This document shows positions 26,841 to 38,496 of a DNA stretch of 64,000 bases, in pieces. This DNA comes from the human T2T-CHM13v2.0 reference genome, Homo sapiens. Each line of letters begins with the position of its first letter. Positions within the stretch are counted from its first letter, which is position 1. The position numbers were made by a program, and so were the translations under genes. Below the pieces are notes generated by a model. The model had not been told where the DNA came from. It worked only from the letters and a program-made list of their open reading frames with translations, and made no database searches. The DNA is taken from assembly GCF_009914755.1 (NCBI RefSeq), contig NC_060932.1. One strand, 5' to 3'.

Positions 26841-29229
26841 GGCGTCTCCAACCAGGCGCAGGCTGGCAGATGTGGGCCCGTGAGCACCACTTGCCCTCAG
26901 GTCTGTGGTAGGGGTCAGATGAGTGACAGCCACAGGAGAGGCCATCCTCTTGGGGTGGAGGAGAGAGGCCACTCTCCTCTGGCATGGTCTTGAAAGATGT
27001 CTCTGTACAGGGTGGGCAGAGAGGAGAGGGAGACCTTCTCAGAGCAGGGAGGTGCACGCTGTCACCAGGAGCTGGCCAAGAGGCTCACCAGAGCTGTGGT
27101 GGAGGCCGTGCAGACTGTGTGGCGGGGCTGGAACCTGGTTTCATAGAAACAACAGGGAGAAAACAGAGTTGTGAGCTGGAGAGGTGCATGGCCAGATGAG
27201 CCACACAGGTGGGTGGTGGGACCAAGGCCACAGTGGTCAGGAAATGCTGTGAGGGGACAGTGAGGAAAGAGGATGTCCCAGGGCCATTCATGCTTGTGAC
27301 CACAAAGAAGAGATGGCTGGGCCAGGCTCCCCCTTAGCAGGTCTGGTAGCAGTTATGCAGGTGCGATCATCAGTTGATTGAAGAGCTCTCGGGTGAAAAG
27401 ACACAGAATAGGTCCCATGTCATCGATGCCAGGGTGGGTTTTTATCTCAAAGAAGGCCCGTGCCCTACAGCTGGGAAATGCCCTTCCCTTCACTGCTGCT
27501 TCTGCATTTAAAAGTCCCATCAGTGCTAATGGAACTCACAAATGCCTCACACAGGGGAAAACACACTGCGTGAATAGGGATAGCAATTTATAGGACTGAC
27601 TGAACTTAAAGACATTGAGATTACATCCCGCAGAAAGAGGCTGGCATACAGTCCAAAAACTGGCCTAGGTAGGTGGCATTCTGAATGAACGTCAGAAATA
27701 GCCTGTATTTTTGCCTCAGTCAGCCTCTGCATATTCTTTTTCTTAAAAGCTTAAAGCAAACAGAAGGACATACTCAGTCCTAAAGGTTCTTTGTGGCCCA
27801 AGATGTTCTGGCATGAGAACTGCCCTATGCCAGGAGGGAAATGTTCCAGGAAAGGAGGTGTTGGTGGTTTTCAGCCACAGGAACCACCTCCTCGTGACAC
27901 CCAATCCTGGGGAATTAATTCTGTGACCCCAGAATAAGTTTCCAAGGACAGGGATGTCACTTGGCTAAGGCATACCAATTCTCCAACTGTGAACACATCT
28001 CCGCTTTTCCAACCTCAGCCAAAGGAGGCTGCAGCTCTGGTCAGGCTCTAACACGTGCATGGCTGTCATGGATGCCCATGTGTGCCTGGGCAATAGACGA
28101 GGGTGTGCCTTGCTGACCCTTTCTGTGGTGCCCTGGCTAGCCCAACACCATTGTGCAGAGGAGGGTGCTGAGGCCTCTGGAAGTTACTGCAAGGTCACCA
28201 GCCCTTGCCCCTGGAGGAATCCGTGTGGCCCCAGCTCTCAATCTGCACACGTCATATCTCCTCCTTAGGGGAGGTTTCCCACCCCCTCTGAACACAGTGA
28301 AAAGTGAGTGTGCTTGAAAGCACCGACCTCAGTCCATGTTCCCTGATAGACACGGCCACATCTGTCAATCTAACCTTTGGGCACAGCACCTGCAAGAAAC
28401 CAAGGCCCAGGCTGCAAAGAAAGGACGCGACAGAGCCTGGACACCGCTGCCTTCATGGGAGCTTGCTTGTGCGGGTGATACTGATGAGGCTCCTCGCGTC
28501 CTGTGGGTGAAGCTGGAAGTCCCAGGCTTTGCCATCTCTGGTTCCCCACTTCCCCAGTTTCGACGCTCTCCTCTCTCCCCACCCCTGCAAACACATCCTA
28601 TGATCTAATTTAGCATTTTTCAATTTATTCACAAAATCATTTATTGCTCACGAAGGGATCAAGATCCAGGCTCACAAGCATTATTCCGGTTTACACAGCA
28701 TCTTCTCGCTTCTGTGACAGATTCACTTAGGATGGTACACCTTCTCAGATTGTGTTTCCTTCTCATACAATGTCCAAACACCACTTCTCTATCTGGTAAG
28801 CTCCTAGTCATACTTCAAAGCCCAATCCAAATGCTATCAACTCAACCTTCCACTACCCAACCCTGCAAGCAGAGCTGCTGTTCCCACAGCTGTTTGCTGT
28901 ATAACTGATTATATTTGTATTTTTGTATTATATTTGTATATTCCAGATATTTGCTCACATCTTTCTCTCGCATTAGGTAGTGTTGCATGCCACAGCACCA
29001 GCACCAAGTGTGGCTCGTAATGTGGTTGCTCTTTATCCAAGGAAAGAGGCATGAGAGAGGCACAACACTAATGAGAGAAGCATTTTCAGGGGACTGTGTA
29101 GTAAAACCTAAGTACAGCTGTCCTAGGGAACAAGCCAAGGCAATCTGCCCTCCCCTCCCTCACTTCCAAACAGAAGTGGCAACTGTAGGTGCACCCCTTC
29201 CTTTTCTTCATAAGGGCCCTTGGTTTTTC

Positions 29230-29655
29230 TTTGGAAGTCATTCCTCCCTGACAGTCTGAGCATTAATTTGGATGGGGAGGCTCCGACCTTGTGTTTTCAG
29301 GGGAGGCACAGAACCTGGGACTACCCTAGGAGAGTTCTCCATCCCCTGGCCTCTGAGATTGGTGCAAGACGGCTCCTGACCCCAGCAAGAACAGCAAGTT
29401 ACCCCAACTTTTGCCAGAAGTCTTGAGGGAAAGTCCTCTCTGATGTACTGGCTGCAAAGCATCATGCAAGCCCTGAGCTTTGTTACAGCTGTGCAGAGAA
29501 AACCATCTTAGAAATGAAGCCAACACAGAGACAGCAGAGTCAAAGATGGAGACAAACGTCCAGATGGTGCTGAGCACCTGGATCCAGCCATGCCTGATGC
29601 TCACACTGGGACTTTTGGTTACTTATACTAAGCCATTTTGAACTGGGCTTCAACC
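29230..29655 (+). mobile_element. Old MaLR LTR (MLT1J-like)
   Basis: aatgaagccaacacagagacagcagag...tgagcacctggatccagccatgcctga...taagccattttgaactggg. Confidence 0.6.
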
Positions 29656-30204
29656 CCCATTGCCACATAAAATACCCTGGTCATTCTCCACGAATCTCCA
29701 TATCAGAGGGGAACCAGCACCATACTCAGGCAGCATGGAAGACGGTGCTCAGGGAAGAGACAGAGGAGTTTCTGCTGCAGGGTCCTTGTCATCCTGCAGA
29801 CCCAGGTCTAGGGAGGACAGACACCCAGCATGGTCAGGGCATTCTGGGCAGAGGAACTGATCATCAGCCCCTCAGCCACCGCAGAGGGAATGAGTAAGGG
29901 AGTCACCAAACAGCAGAAGCAAGAAAGCATCGTATGCCTTTGCCTTCACAAGGTCCGGCCTCCACCCATTGTGACAATGATAACGCCGACCCAGAGGAGA
30001 TGTGGAGAGGACTCTGGCTCCACTTCTGCGGCTCTGTGCCCATGCTGAGAGGTGCAGCTTCTGGAAGAGCTGCCATTTCCATGTCCCCTTGTTTATCTTT
30101 TGTTGTCAGATTACAATATTTCTGATAGCTGGCTGAAATTCGACGTTTCAGTTTGCTGACTTTTGAATCCAACTGGTAGCATTCAGTGAAGTTATGATGC
30201 TCAG

Positions 30205-30772
30205 TCTATCATCCTTCTCTCTCTCTCTATCTCTCTATCAATCATCTATCATCCATCCATCTATCTACTATCTACCTTATCTACTATCAGCTATCTATCA
30301 TCCATCCATCATCCATCTATTTATCTACCATCTCTACCATCCACCTATCTACCATCTATCAATCACCTATCATCCATCCATCCATCATCCAACTATCATC
30401 ATCTCTATCTACCATCTACCTATCACATCTATCTACTATCTACCTATCATCTATCATTATCTATCTATCCTCTATCTACTATCTACCTATCATCTATCAA
30501 TCAAGTATCTATCATCCATCCATCATCCATCTATTTATCTACCTATAATCTATCTACTATCTACCTATCATCTATCAATGATCTATCAACCATCTATCAA
30601 TCATCTATATACTATCAACCTATCTACTATCTATCAATTAATTACCAATATCTGTCATCTACCTATACATAAATCACCTATGTATCTATCATCTATCCAT
30701 CTTCACATGCACACATATGCACATACACACACACATGTACATGATGTATGTGTCTATACTCATACACACATA
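30205..30772. repeat. Degenerate (ATCT)n/(ATCC)n simple repeat followed by a (CA/TA)n tract
   Basis: About 500 bp nearly devoid of G (tctatcatccatccatctatc...). Confidence 0.92.
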
Positions 30773-31251
30773 TAAAGGCAATTCTTATTTCTTATTTTCA
30801 GTATCTCCTCCCTGATCAGTGTTCGAGCTGTCCAGGAGATGCATGGCTGCTCGAAGGGTCTCACAGCCAGTTTGACTGCCCCTACAACCAGTTCTCTCCA
30901 CATTTTAATGTGACATGACAGGTGAAAACAGTCATTTACTCTAATAAATTCTCCTCAGCAAAATGAGAGATTACTTTAAAATCGAAGCAGCCAGGACCAG
31001 CACCCTGGGTGAAAACAATTACATTGATTGCTATGGGGAGATTAGAAACTCTTACAGAGGGCTGAGAAGAAAAGTCAGCTTAAAACGTCCACATTCAAGA
31101 GTTAAGTTAGTACTTACAAAGGGCAGGGAACTGTCTAAGGCCACGACCACAAGCACAGGGGGCCTCTGGGCATCAGCGCCAGGCCAGCGAGTAGAGAAGT
31201 CCGGCTTGGAGAGTACAAAACAGGCGCGATGTCTAAGGTCCATTGTGCCGC

Positions 31252-31604
31252 TGAGGAGAGAGGCCATTTCTCTTACTGTCTCCTGTCTGAAGAGGAGGAG
31301 GAAGTAAAAGTTGAAAAACAACAGGAATGAAGTCAGTGGCAAGACCAGCTGGTGCCCCTGATGATCAGGCCTGAGGTTAAAAGATTAACCCCCCACCCCA
31401 CTCTAAACGCATGTGCTCTCAATCTATCACGACCCTTTCACGTGGAACCCCTTAGAGTTGCAAACCCTTAAAAGGGCCAGGAGCTCTGTCTTCAGAGAGT
31501 TCGGTTCTTGAGACTTGAGTCCGCTGAAGCTCCTGGCCGAATAAAACCAAATCATTCCTTAACCCGGCGCCTGAGGGGTTTTGTCCGTGGCTCATCCTGC
31601 TACA
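31252..31604 (+). mobile_element. Solo LTR of the LTR2 (HERV-E) group, 353 bp
   Basis: TG...CA ends. tcacgaccctttcacgtggaaccccttagagttg..cccttaaaaggg; ggccgAATAAA (31540-31545); ttttgtccgtggctcatcctgctaca. 4-bp TSD CCGC/CCAC differs by one CpG transition. Confidence 0.85.
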
Positions 31605-31894
31605 CCACCGAGAAGTGCCAAGAAGGAAAAGGGCCTCTGGCCCGTGGGTGTTGGGCAGAGTCAGAGAAGGTGGGCAGGAGAACCAAAGAGGGCCTGTGGC
31701 ACTGACGTTAGCAGGCACAGGGAGGAGGTCTCGCTCCTGGAGCCTAGAATAGGAAGGATGACTGGGGAGCTGGGAGGGATGCAGGGAGGGCATTTGACGT
31801 GGACAGGACTTCTGCCTTCAAAGAAGGGCATGTCTTTAGGTTCCCTGATAAATTCAACTTCTCCTGTGCTCAGCCTACAGCAAAAAGAAGGTGG

Positions 31895-32199
31895 GGCCAG
31901 GTACAGTGGCTCCTGCCTGGAATCCCAGCATTTTGGGAGGCCAAGGCAGGAGGATTGTTTGAGCCCAGGAGTCCAAGACCAGCCTGGGCAACATAGTGAG
32001 AACTTGTTGCTACAAAAAAGTTTAAAAATTAGCTGGGCACAGGGGCGTTTGCCTGTGGTCCCAGCTACTCAGGAAGCTGAGGTGGGAGGATCGCTTGAGC
32101 CCCTGGAGGTGGAGGTTGTAGTGAGCCAAGGTTGTACAACTGCACTGCAGCCTGGGTGAAGAGCAAGACCCTGTCTCCATTAAAAAAAAAAAAAAAAAA
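31895..32199 (+). mobile_element. Full-length AluJ
   Basis: Dimeric Alu with J diagnostics (gagcccaggag, gggcaacatagtgag). TSD aaaaagaaggtgg / aaaaagatggtag. Confidence 0.95.
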
Positions 32200-32619
32200 G
32201 ATGGTAGTGATGATTCTAGCACCTTCCTCAGGTTTCTTTAGATTCCTGGTTCTACCTGCATGGAGCATTTTGTATGGCAGGAAATTTTTTCTTCTTGTAA
32301 TAAACAGTACACAGGAAATTGTGGAATGAAATGAAGCCCAAGTTATTCTGTTGAGAAAAGCAGCATTTTAGTTAATTTTCAGATAAGATTTCTCAGCCCT
32401 CTACTGTGAATTTGCCTTTCTGATTGTTGGAGATAATGAAAGAGGTCATAAAACCTTCTTTATGGGTATTATATCATTTGTCTTCAATGTCATACAATTC
32501 TAGAAATCAAAGCTGAAAAGGAACTAAGACAATTTGTAGACAATTTCATAGGTGTAGTAGAGGTGTGTTTAATAACTCAGGGTTGCAATTCTGAAGTGAA
32601 ATTTAGATACTTCCAATAA

Positions 32620-33220
32620 GAGTCCACATTGTTGAAGGTACGGGGAGAGGGGCACTTGCAGACACTATCCATGGGTTAATTGATGAAAGCTTCATGGAAA
32701 TCAATATGTCAATCAAGAGCTATGATACACATTGACCTTTTGATGTAGGAATTTTAGTTTTTAGGATACTAGACTAAGGAAATAATTAGAAATATAAATA
32801 TTCTTGTACAAAGGTATTCATGACAGTATTATTATAATGGAAATTATTGAAAATATGTGAATCCAAAATGATGAAGTAGTTAAATAACAAATGATATATA
32901 AATGCAATGAAATGTTATATAGTCATTAAAATTACTGTTTTGAAAAATTTTTATCCACTGGAAAAATGTTTATAAAGAAATATTAAGTGAAATGTTGAGA
33001 AATATATAGAACTTTACATAAAATATATTAGCCATGCAAATACATGAGTGTATGCTTTCTGTGGATAGACATAAATATTGCTAGAGAAAAAAATAGAAAA
33101 GAATCCATCAGGGCATTAACTACACATTTTTCTAAGTTACCGGTATCTTAGTGTTCTAGGTGTAGGTTATTAAAATTTCTTTCTCTGTACTTTCTAAAAT
33201 TTTAATAATAAGAATGTGCT
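32620..33220 (+). mobile_element. Ancient L1M (L1ME-like) 3' relic
   Basis: AT-rich. tgtacaaaggtattcat..agtattattataat...gtagttaaataa...atgcaatgaaatgttat..gtcattaaaa resembles the L1 ORF2 end. Confidence 0.5.
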
Positions 33221-34284
33221 TTTTAAATAATTTTTTTAACTTGAATATCTCACATGATCACCTGAAGTTCCCATTTTCTCAACTTAATAGAGAACTTAAC
33301 CGACCTCTTCTTATTCCTTTTTTTCTATTCTGGCTCACGCAGTGGATGGAAGATGGCATTGAAGGAGCTCTCAAGTCCTCTCCAAGCCTCGCTGTTTGTG
33401 ATGTGATCGTGGCAGTGAAGGGACACGGCTCTGGAGTGCTGGGCTCCGTTTGCTCTGCACTCAGCCTCCCATCTGGATGGGGTTTGGAATGCTGCCTAGG
33501 CTCTGCCTTCTCTCACACAGGAAGGAAGTTGGCCCCAAACCAGGTGCTGAAGGGTTTGGCAGAAGCACCCGATGCCTGAGCTATAGCACAGCACGGTGCC
33601 CTGGGCGGCTCCACACTCACCTGGCTCAACACCACCCTCTTCCTTCCTTCCCGCCGGGCTGCCCTCTCACCTGCATTTCCTGTGGTCTATGGAACTGAAA
33701 CGACATGAGCAGCATTTCAGGACGTCCCCCTTAAAACCCGCTCCTCTGTTCTTATCCACATGGCTTATTACTACTTTCCAATCTCATCTCCTGCGGTTCT
33801 CCACGGGACCACCTTCCAGGCCAGCAGCCTTGTCCCGTGGCATCCCCAGTCCCACCATTCCCGTCCCCCACCCGGAGCACCCTTCCCCCGGCCACACAGT
33901 GAAAGGCTGGGCTGTGAGAGCTTCGGTGGAAACCAGGCCTTCACCACTTCTTCTCCCTTCAAGCCACACACAGCTGTTGCAAGTTCCGGATACCAATCAT
34001 TTTTTAAAAAATAAATTGCTATTTAAGTCAATATCTGAACAATGTATGAAAACAATCAGATTTTAGGCCCACTTATTTCTAAGCCCAGATGGCATCACTC
34101 ATGCTCGACCACTGTCCTTATTCAGAATACTCAGGTTGGAACAGTTCAGCTCCTCAGAAAATAAAACACACTCTTCACTGAGTAAGTTTTACCACCAGAG
34201 AGTAGATCGTACACCATTGATTATGGAGGCTGTTTTACAAAAAGGAGTTCAAAGAAAGCTTAAACAGCGGTCAGATCACTGCCA

Positions 34285-34296
34285 CCAGCAGGTGGC
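34285..34296 (+). promoter_or_regulatory. Candidate CTCF core motif
   Basis: CCAGCAGGTGGC matches CCASYAGRKGGC. Motif match only. Confidence 0.35.
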
Positions 34297-35720
34297 CTCC
34301 AAGAAGCTCCGTTTTCAGTTCTCATTTAAAGGCAGATATTTCTATGTTAAAAAACCAACCTGCGCTGTATAGTCATATGTTATACACCTATCTCCCAATT
34401 CTAAAACTGACCCCTTAAGAAAAAAAAAAAAAAGGAAAAGGAATTGAATCAGCACAAATCACCAGTGAGACAAACCTCAATTAACATCATATGTGGACAT
34501 TTTCTCTTTGATATTTAAGTTCCAGAAAATGGCTAAGGTTTTAAAATTAAACTGACATTAGTTTTTATACACCGCCTGTCGCAAGCCATGTACCTGGAGA
34601 TAGTCACAACTAAAATCTGGGGATGGTGAGGGGGAGAGAGAAAAGCAAACCGTGCTTCAAAAACCTTCGCTGGGAAGCCGCTCAGGCCTCTCATCTCCCC
34701 CGTGCACCTTTCCTGATCCCCGGGGGTCCTGCCCACTCGGTCACTGCTCCTCATAATGCCTCTCCTCCTTTGGCCATGAGGCCTTTCCAAACGAGCGCAG
34801 TCAGCACGTTCTCTGTTCATCTTTGCTTCTTGGGCTTTCCCCTGGTAATTGTTTTCCTCAGCCCATAAATATTCTATTTATTATCTCCCTGTTCTTGACC
34901 ACTTGTTCTGCATTTTCTCCATCTTCCTTGTGATTAGAAACCTCAAACAGAATGTCGGTGATTGGACTCCCAGGCATTTACTTTGCCTCTAAAATAGGCA
35001 GAGCTCCACTCCCATGGGTCCTAATTTTAATCAAATCGGTCATTTTTTTCCAAGCCTCATCAGCTTCGTGCCTCCACTAACGGACTTTTAGTTTGCATGT
35101 CTCTACGTGGATTGTTGTTGCTGCTGGACAGAGCTGATCAGGAAGGAAATTTATTGTACAAGAATGGGAAGAAATTATCAAGTTAACTGATGTGTAAGGG
35201 AGGTGTACCTGGAAGATACTCTTTAACAGGCAATGCATGTGTGGGGATATTTTTAAGTTTTATCAGTAGAAATGAAATATATTGAACACAAATCGAGCAA
35301 ATATGACTTGGTCGTTAACATCCCTCTGATTAAACAGGAGTGCTGCTATGAGAACGGGCTGCGCCATTCTGCAGGCACACGAGAGTCGCTGGGTTTTAGG
35401 GTAGTCTCTGTGGAGAATGGTGACTGGACCACGTGGGAGAGGGGCTTGAGGCAGGAAGGTGAGCAGACTCCAGAGTTCAAGAGATGTTTGCATACAGTGC
35501 CCTCTTGTTTCCCCTTACAGTGTGGCTGTGGCCAGTATTGAGAACCAAGTGTTCAGGAACTCACGCTGGCCTGCTGGTCCCACCTGACCTGAGAGTGGCG
35601 GGCACTCAGCGTTTCAGCAAGCTGCTTCCTCGACGATGCCTTTGATCTCTTATTGTTGCTGGGGAGGCTGGAGTCCACCCAAATCGAGTGGGAAGTGCTG
35701 TCAGCTGCTACGTCTCTTAC

Positions 35721-35842
35721 CTAGGAGCTTTAGAGTCTCAAGGGCATGACTGGAACAGACTGGAACCCAATGGAAGAGTTTGGATGCAGCATCTGTCCTG
35801 CTCCACTGAGCCCCAGGGAGGAAGCCTCGGCCACTGGCTGTG
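35721..35842 (-). ncRNA. Candidate non-coding exon (122 nt)
   Basis: Minus strand: cctcac (branch-like) ...tgtaccttcttcAG|CACAGCC ... CTCCTAG|GTAAGAG. Confidence 0.3.
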
Positions 35843-36814
35843 CTGAAGAAGGTACAATCCAAGTGTGAGGCAGAAGAGCAGAGGCGTCCTCGAAGAGAAG
35901 GCCGGGGCTACAAACCACAGGAGGAGGGCGTCCTGAGAAGCAATGGGAGCAAAATCAAGATGCCCAGAGTCTTGGGGCTGTTTCAGAAACCCCAAAAGCA
36001 AGAACACGGGGTGTCCAATGGGTGGAGTCAGCAGTCCCAGTGCCATTTGGAGTTCAGTCACAGGAAGAACTTGCAAATGACAGCACAGCACTGGGCACTT
36101 GACCAGGTGGGGGACCCTGTATCCCTGAGGTGGCTCAGGGGACAGGACAGAGGCATGACCTTGGATCCGGGAATGGGGAGCAGAGCACAGCAGGACAAAC
36201 CCAAACCCATCTCCATCGTTAAGAAAATCCCCAGCAGCTGGGGAAGGAAGAGCAAGAAGGCGAGAACCAGGCAAGGCTGGCAGTGTCTGGTGCACAGGCT
36301 CCCTTTTCACCCTGGCTTATTTGAGATGGAATTTAAAATATTTTTTGCAAGATAGATTGTGAGCTTTACAGTGAGAAAAGTATTTCCCAAGAACTTTACT
36401 TCATTTATAAAAGAGTAGATATGGAGACAAGGCGTCTGCGGCCCATAGTATTTAATGCACTCGAAACACGTTTAACTTCCAGGGTAGATCTGATGTCCTC
36501 CCTCCACCCGTAACTCCCCTGAAATCTCCTTAGTGTTTAGTGGTGCTGTGCCTGCTTTCTCACACACACCACTTGGCCCTCGTGACTCATCTCATACATG
36601 CATCTCAATTCTCAGCCTCCCCACAGCCCAGACTTTCTGTTTTAACCTCACAGCTGCCCAGTGTGATGGCTGTGTCCAGCCCAGCTGATGGATTGGCCAT
36701 TTCAACGTGAATCCCAGGTACTCCAGCCTTCCTTTGCAGGTGCCATTTCCCGACCTGGGTTACTCTACCAAGTTCTCTCCAGCTTTTGTCTCCACAGCAG
36801 CCTCCCCACATCCC

Positions 36815-37190
36815 ACCAACACAAACACGCAGCACATGCAAGCACAAACACACATGCAAACATGCTTAAATACCATGTACATATGCACACAGGTGTATAT
36901 GTGTACACACACTACACACACTGTACAAACACAAACCCACATATACACACATGCACACATTGTTGCACACAATACACACACAGACACACATGCATGTGAA
37001 CACATACACATGACAACACATACGTGTTCACATTAAACACATGTGCAATACAAATTCATGTACACAAACATATGCTTGTATGTGTGCGTACACAATACAC
37101 AGATACACCTGTACATCAACATGCATCAAAGCACATGCATACACAGAGACATGCGCAATGTGCACAGGTACACACATGCACACATACACT
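36815..37190. repeat. Degenerate (CA)n/(CATG)n alternating purine-pyrimidine tract
   Basis: cacacatgcacacat... over ~370 bp. Confidence 0.85.
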
Positions 37191-38496
37191 TTGGAGCTGG
37201 GTTCACATGCTGAGTGGATGGTGTGCTCTGCACTAGAAGCCCAAGGCCATGGCCCACTTAACCCAGTGAACCTCACCTGTGCTCCGTATCAGCAACCACA
37301 CCTGGATGTCACCCGGAACTGCCCCATTCTGGCCCTGACAACACCGCAACCAAGGAAGAGGCACAAGACCCAGGAGACGATGGTGCTGGCTGAGGCCGCC
37401 CCTCCCTGAAGGCTCAGAGCCTGCACTTGCTGGATGCTCCATGGCCATGTGAAGCCCAGGGGAGCTGAGCGATGGCACCACAGGCCCCAGGAGTGCCCCT
37501 CTGGCTTCACATGCACCCAAGCTGTGATTTTTCAGATAAATATGACTCAGAAGACCTCGCTGTTTCTGTGTGATTTGCCTACCTAATGTCAGAGATGGGT
37601 ATTACAAAATATTTTTGGTTCATCAAATGGTTTAAGGTAATTTCTCAGTAAGATGGCTTGGCTCACATGCCATTTTCAAGAATGCTGAGAAAGGACAGTG
37701 TGCCATCAAGCTGTGGAATCGCTTGGTACGCTGTGGAATTCTGTGGTAAGACGTTTTTCAAGGACTGAAGTGCATGAAAGAGGAACGGAAACCTTTGTTG
37801 CCTATTCATGTGTTATTTCCAGGTCTCGACCCACCAGTCCCCGCTGCCTCCCTTCGTAGCTCCTCTGGTTCCCATGTGAGTCCCTCCCTTTGCATCCACA
37901 CGAAGCACTGCGTCACTCATCTGCACACATCTTGCTTTCCAGAGCAGACTAAAAGCCCCTCTGGACACAGAAAGTGCCTCTGTCTCTTTTAATAGCTATT
38001 GTACCTCACAGAGCATTTAAATTTTTATTGATGGGTTAATAAATAATTGATTGATGGGGACTGAAACTAATCTTTAAAATTGATTGTCAACTGAAAACCT
38101 GTACAAGATATCCCACTGTTTAACAATAGAGAGGAGCTATTGCAGCTGCTGTGACGACTGGCAATGTCCTCTTCTTTATCGCACCTCTAAGAAATCTGCT
38201 GGCAAATGACTTCTTGGATACTGTTTCATTAAGGAATTTCTCAATGGATAAAGTTTTTACTATTCTAAAAGTATCTTTGTGTCTTCACAGTAGGTGCTGT
38301 ATTTGGTTTGGAGGAATTTTATTAGTCTAAAGGACATAATTTCTTCCTTCTAGGAGCTTACAGAGGACTAGAGGATGAGTTACCTGCACAACCCATCACT
38401 CTATGGAACCTCCCAGCCTGTGTCCTGAACCCTAGGATTACACACATGTAGTAACACAACTTATTTCCACATTCTGTAGCCAAAGCCTAATGGGCC

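Noticed and set aside
30194-30775. 193-aa Ile/Tyr/His/Leu ORF
   Set aside because: Translation of the (ATCT/ATCC)n simple repeat.
35738-36355. Antiparallel 190-aa and 171-aa ORFs
   Set aside because: No recognisable homology or domain, alternative start codons, and lengths attainable by chance.
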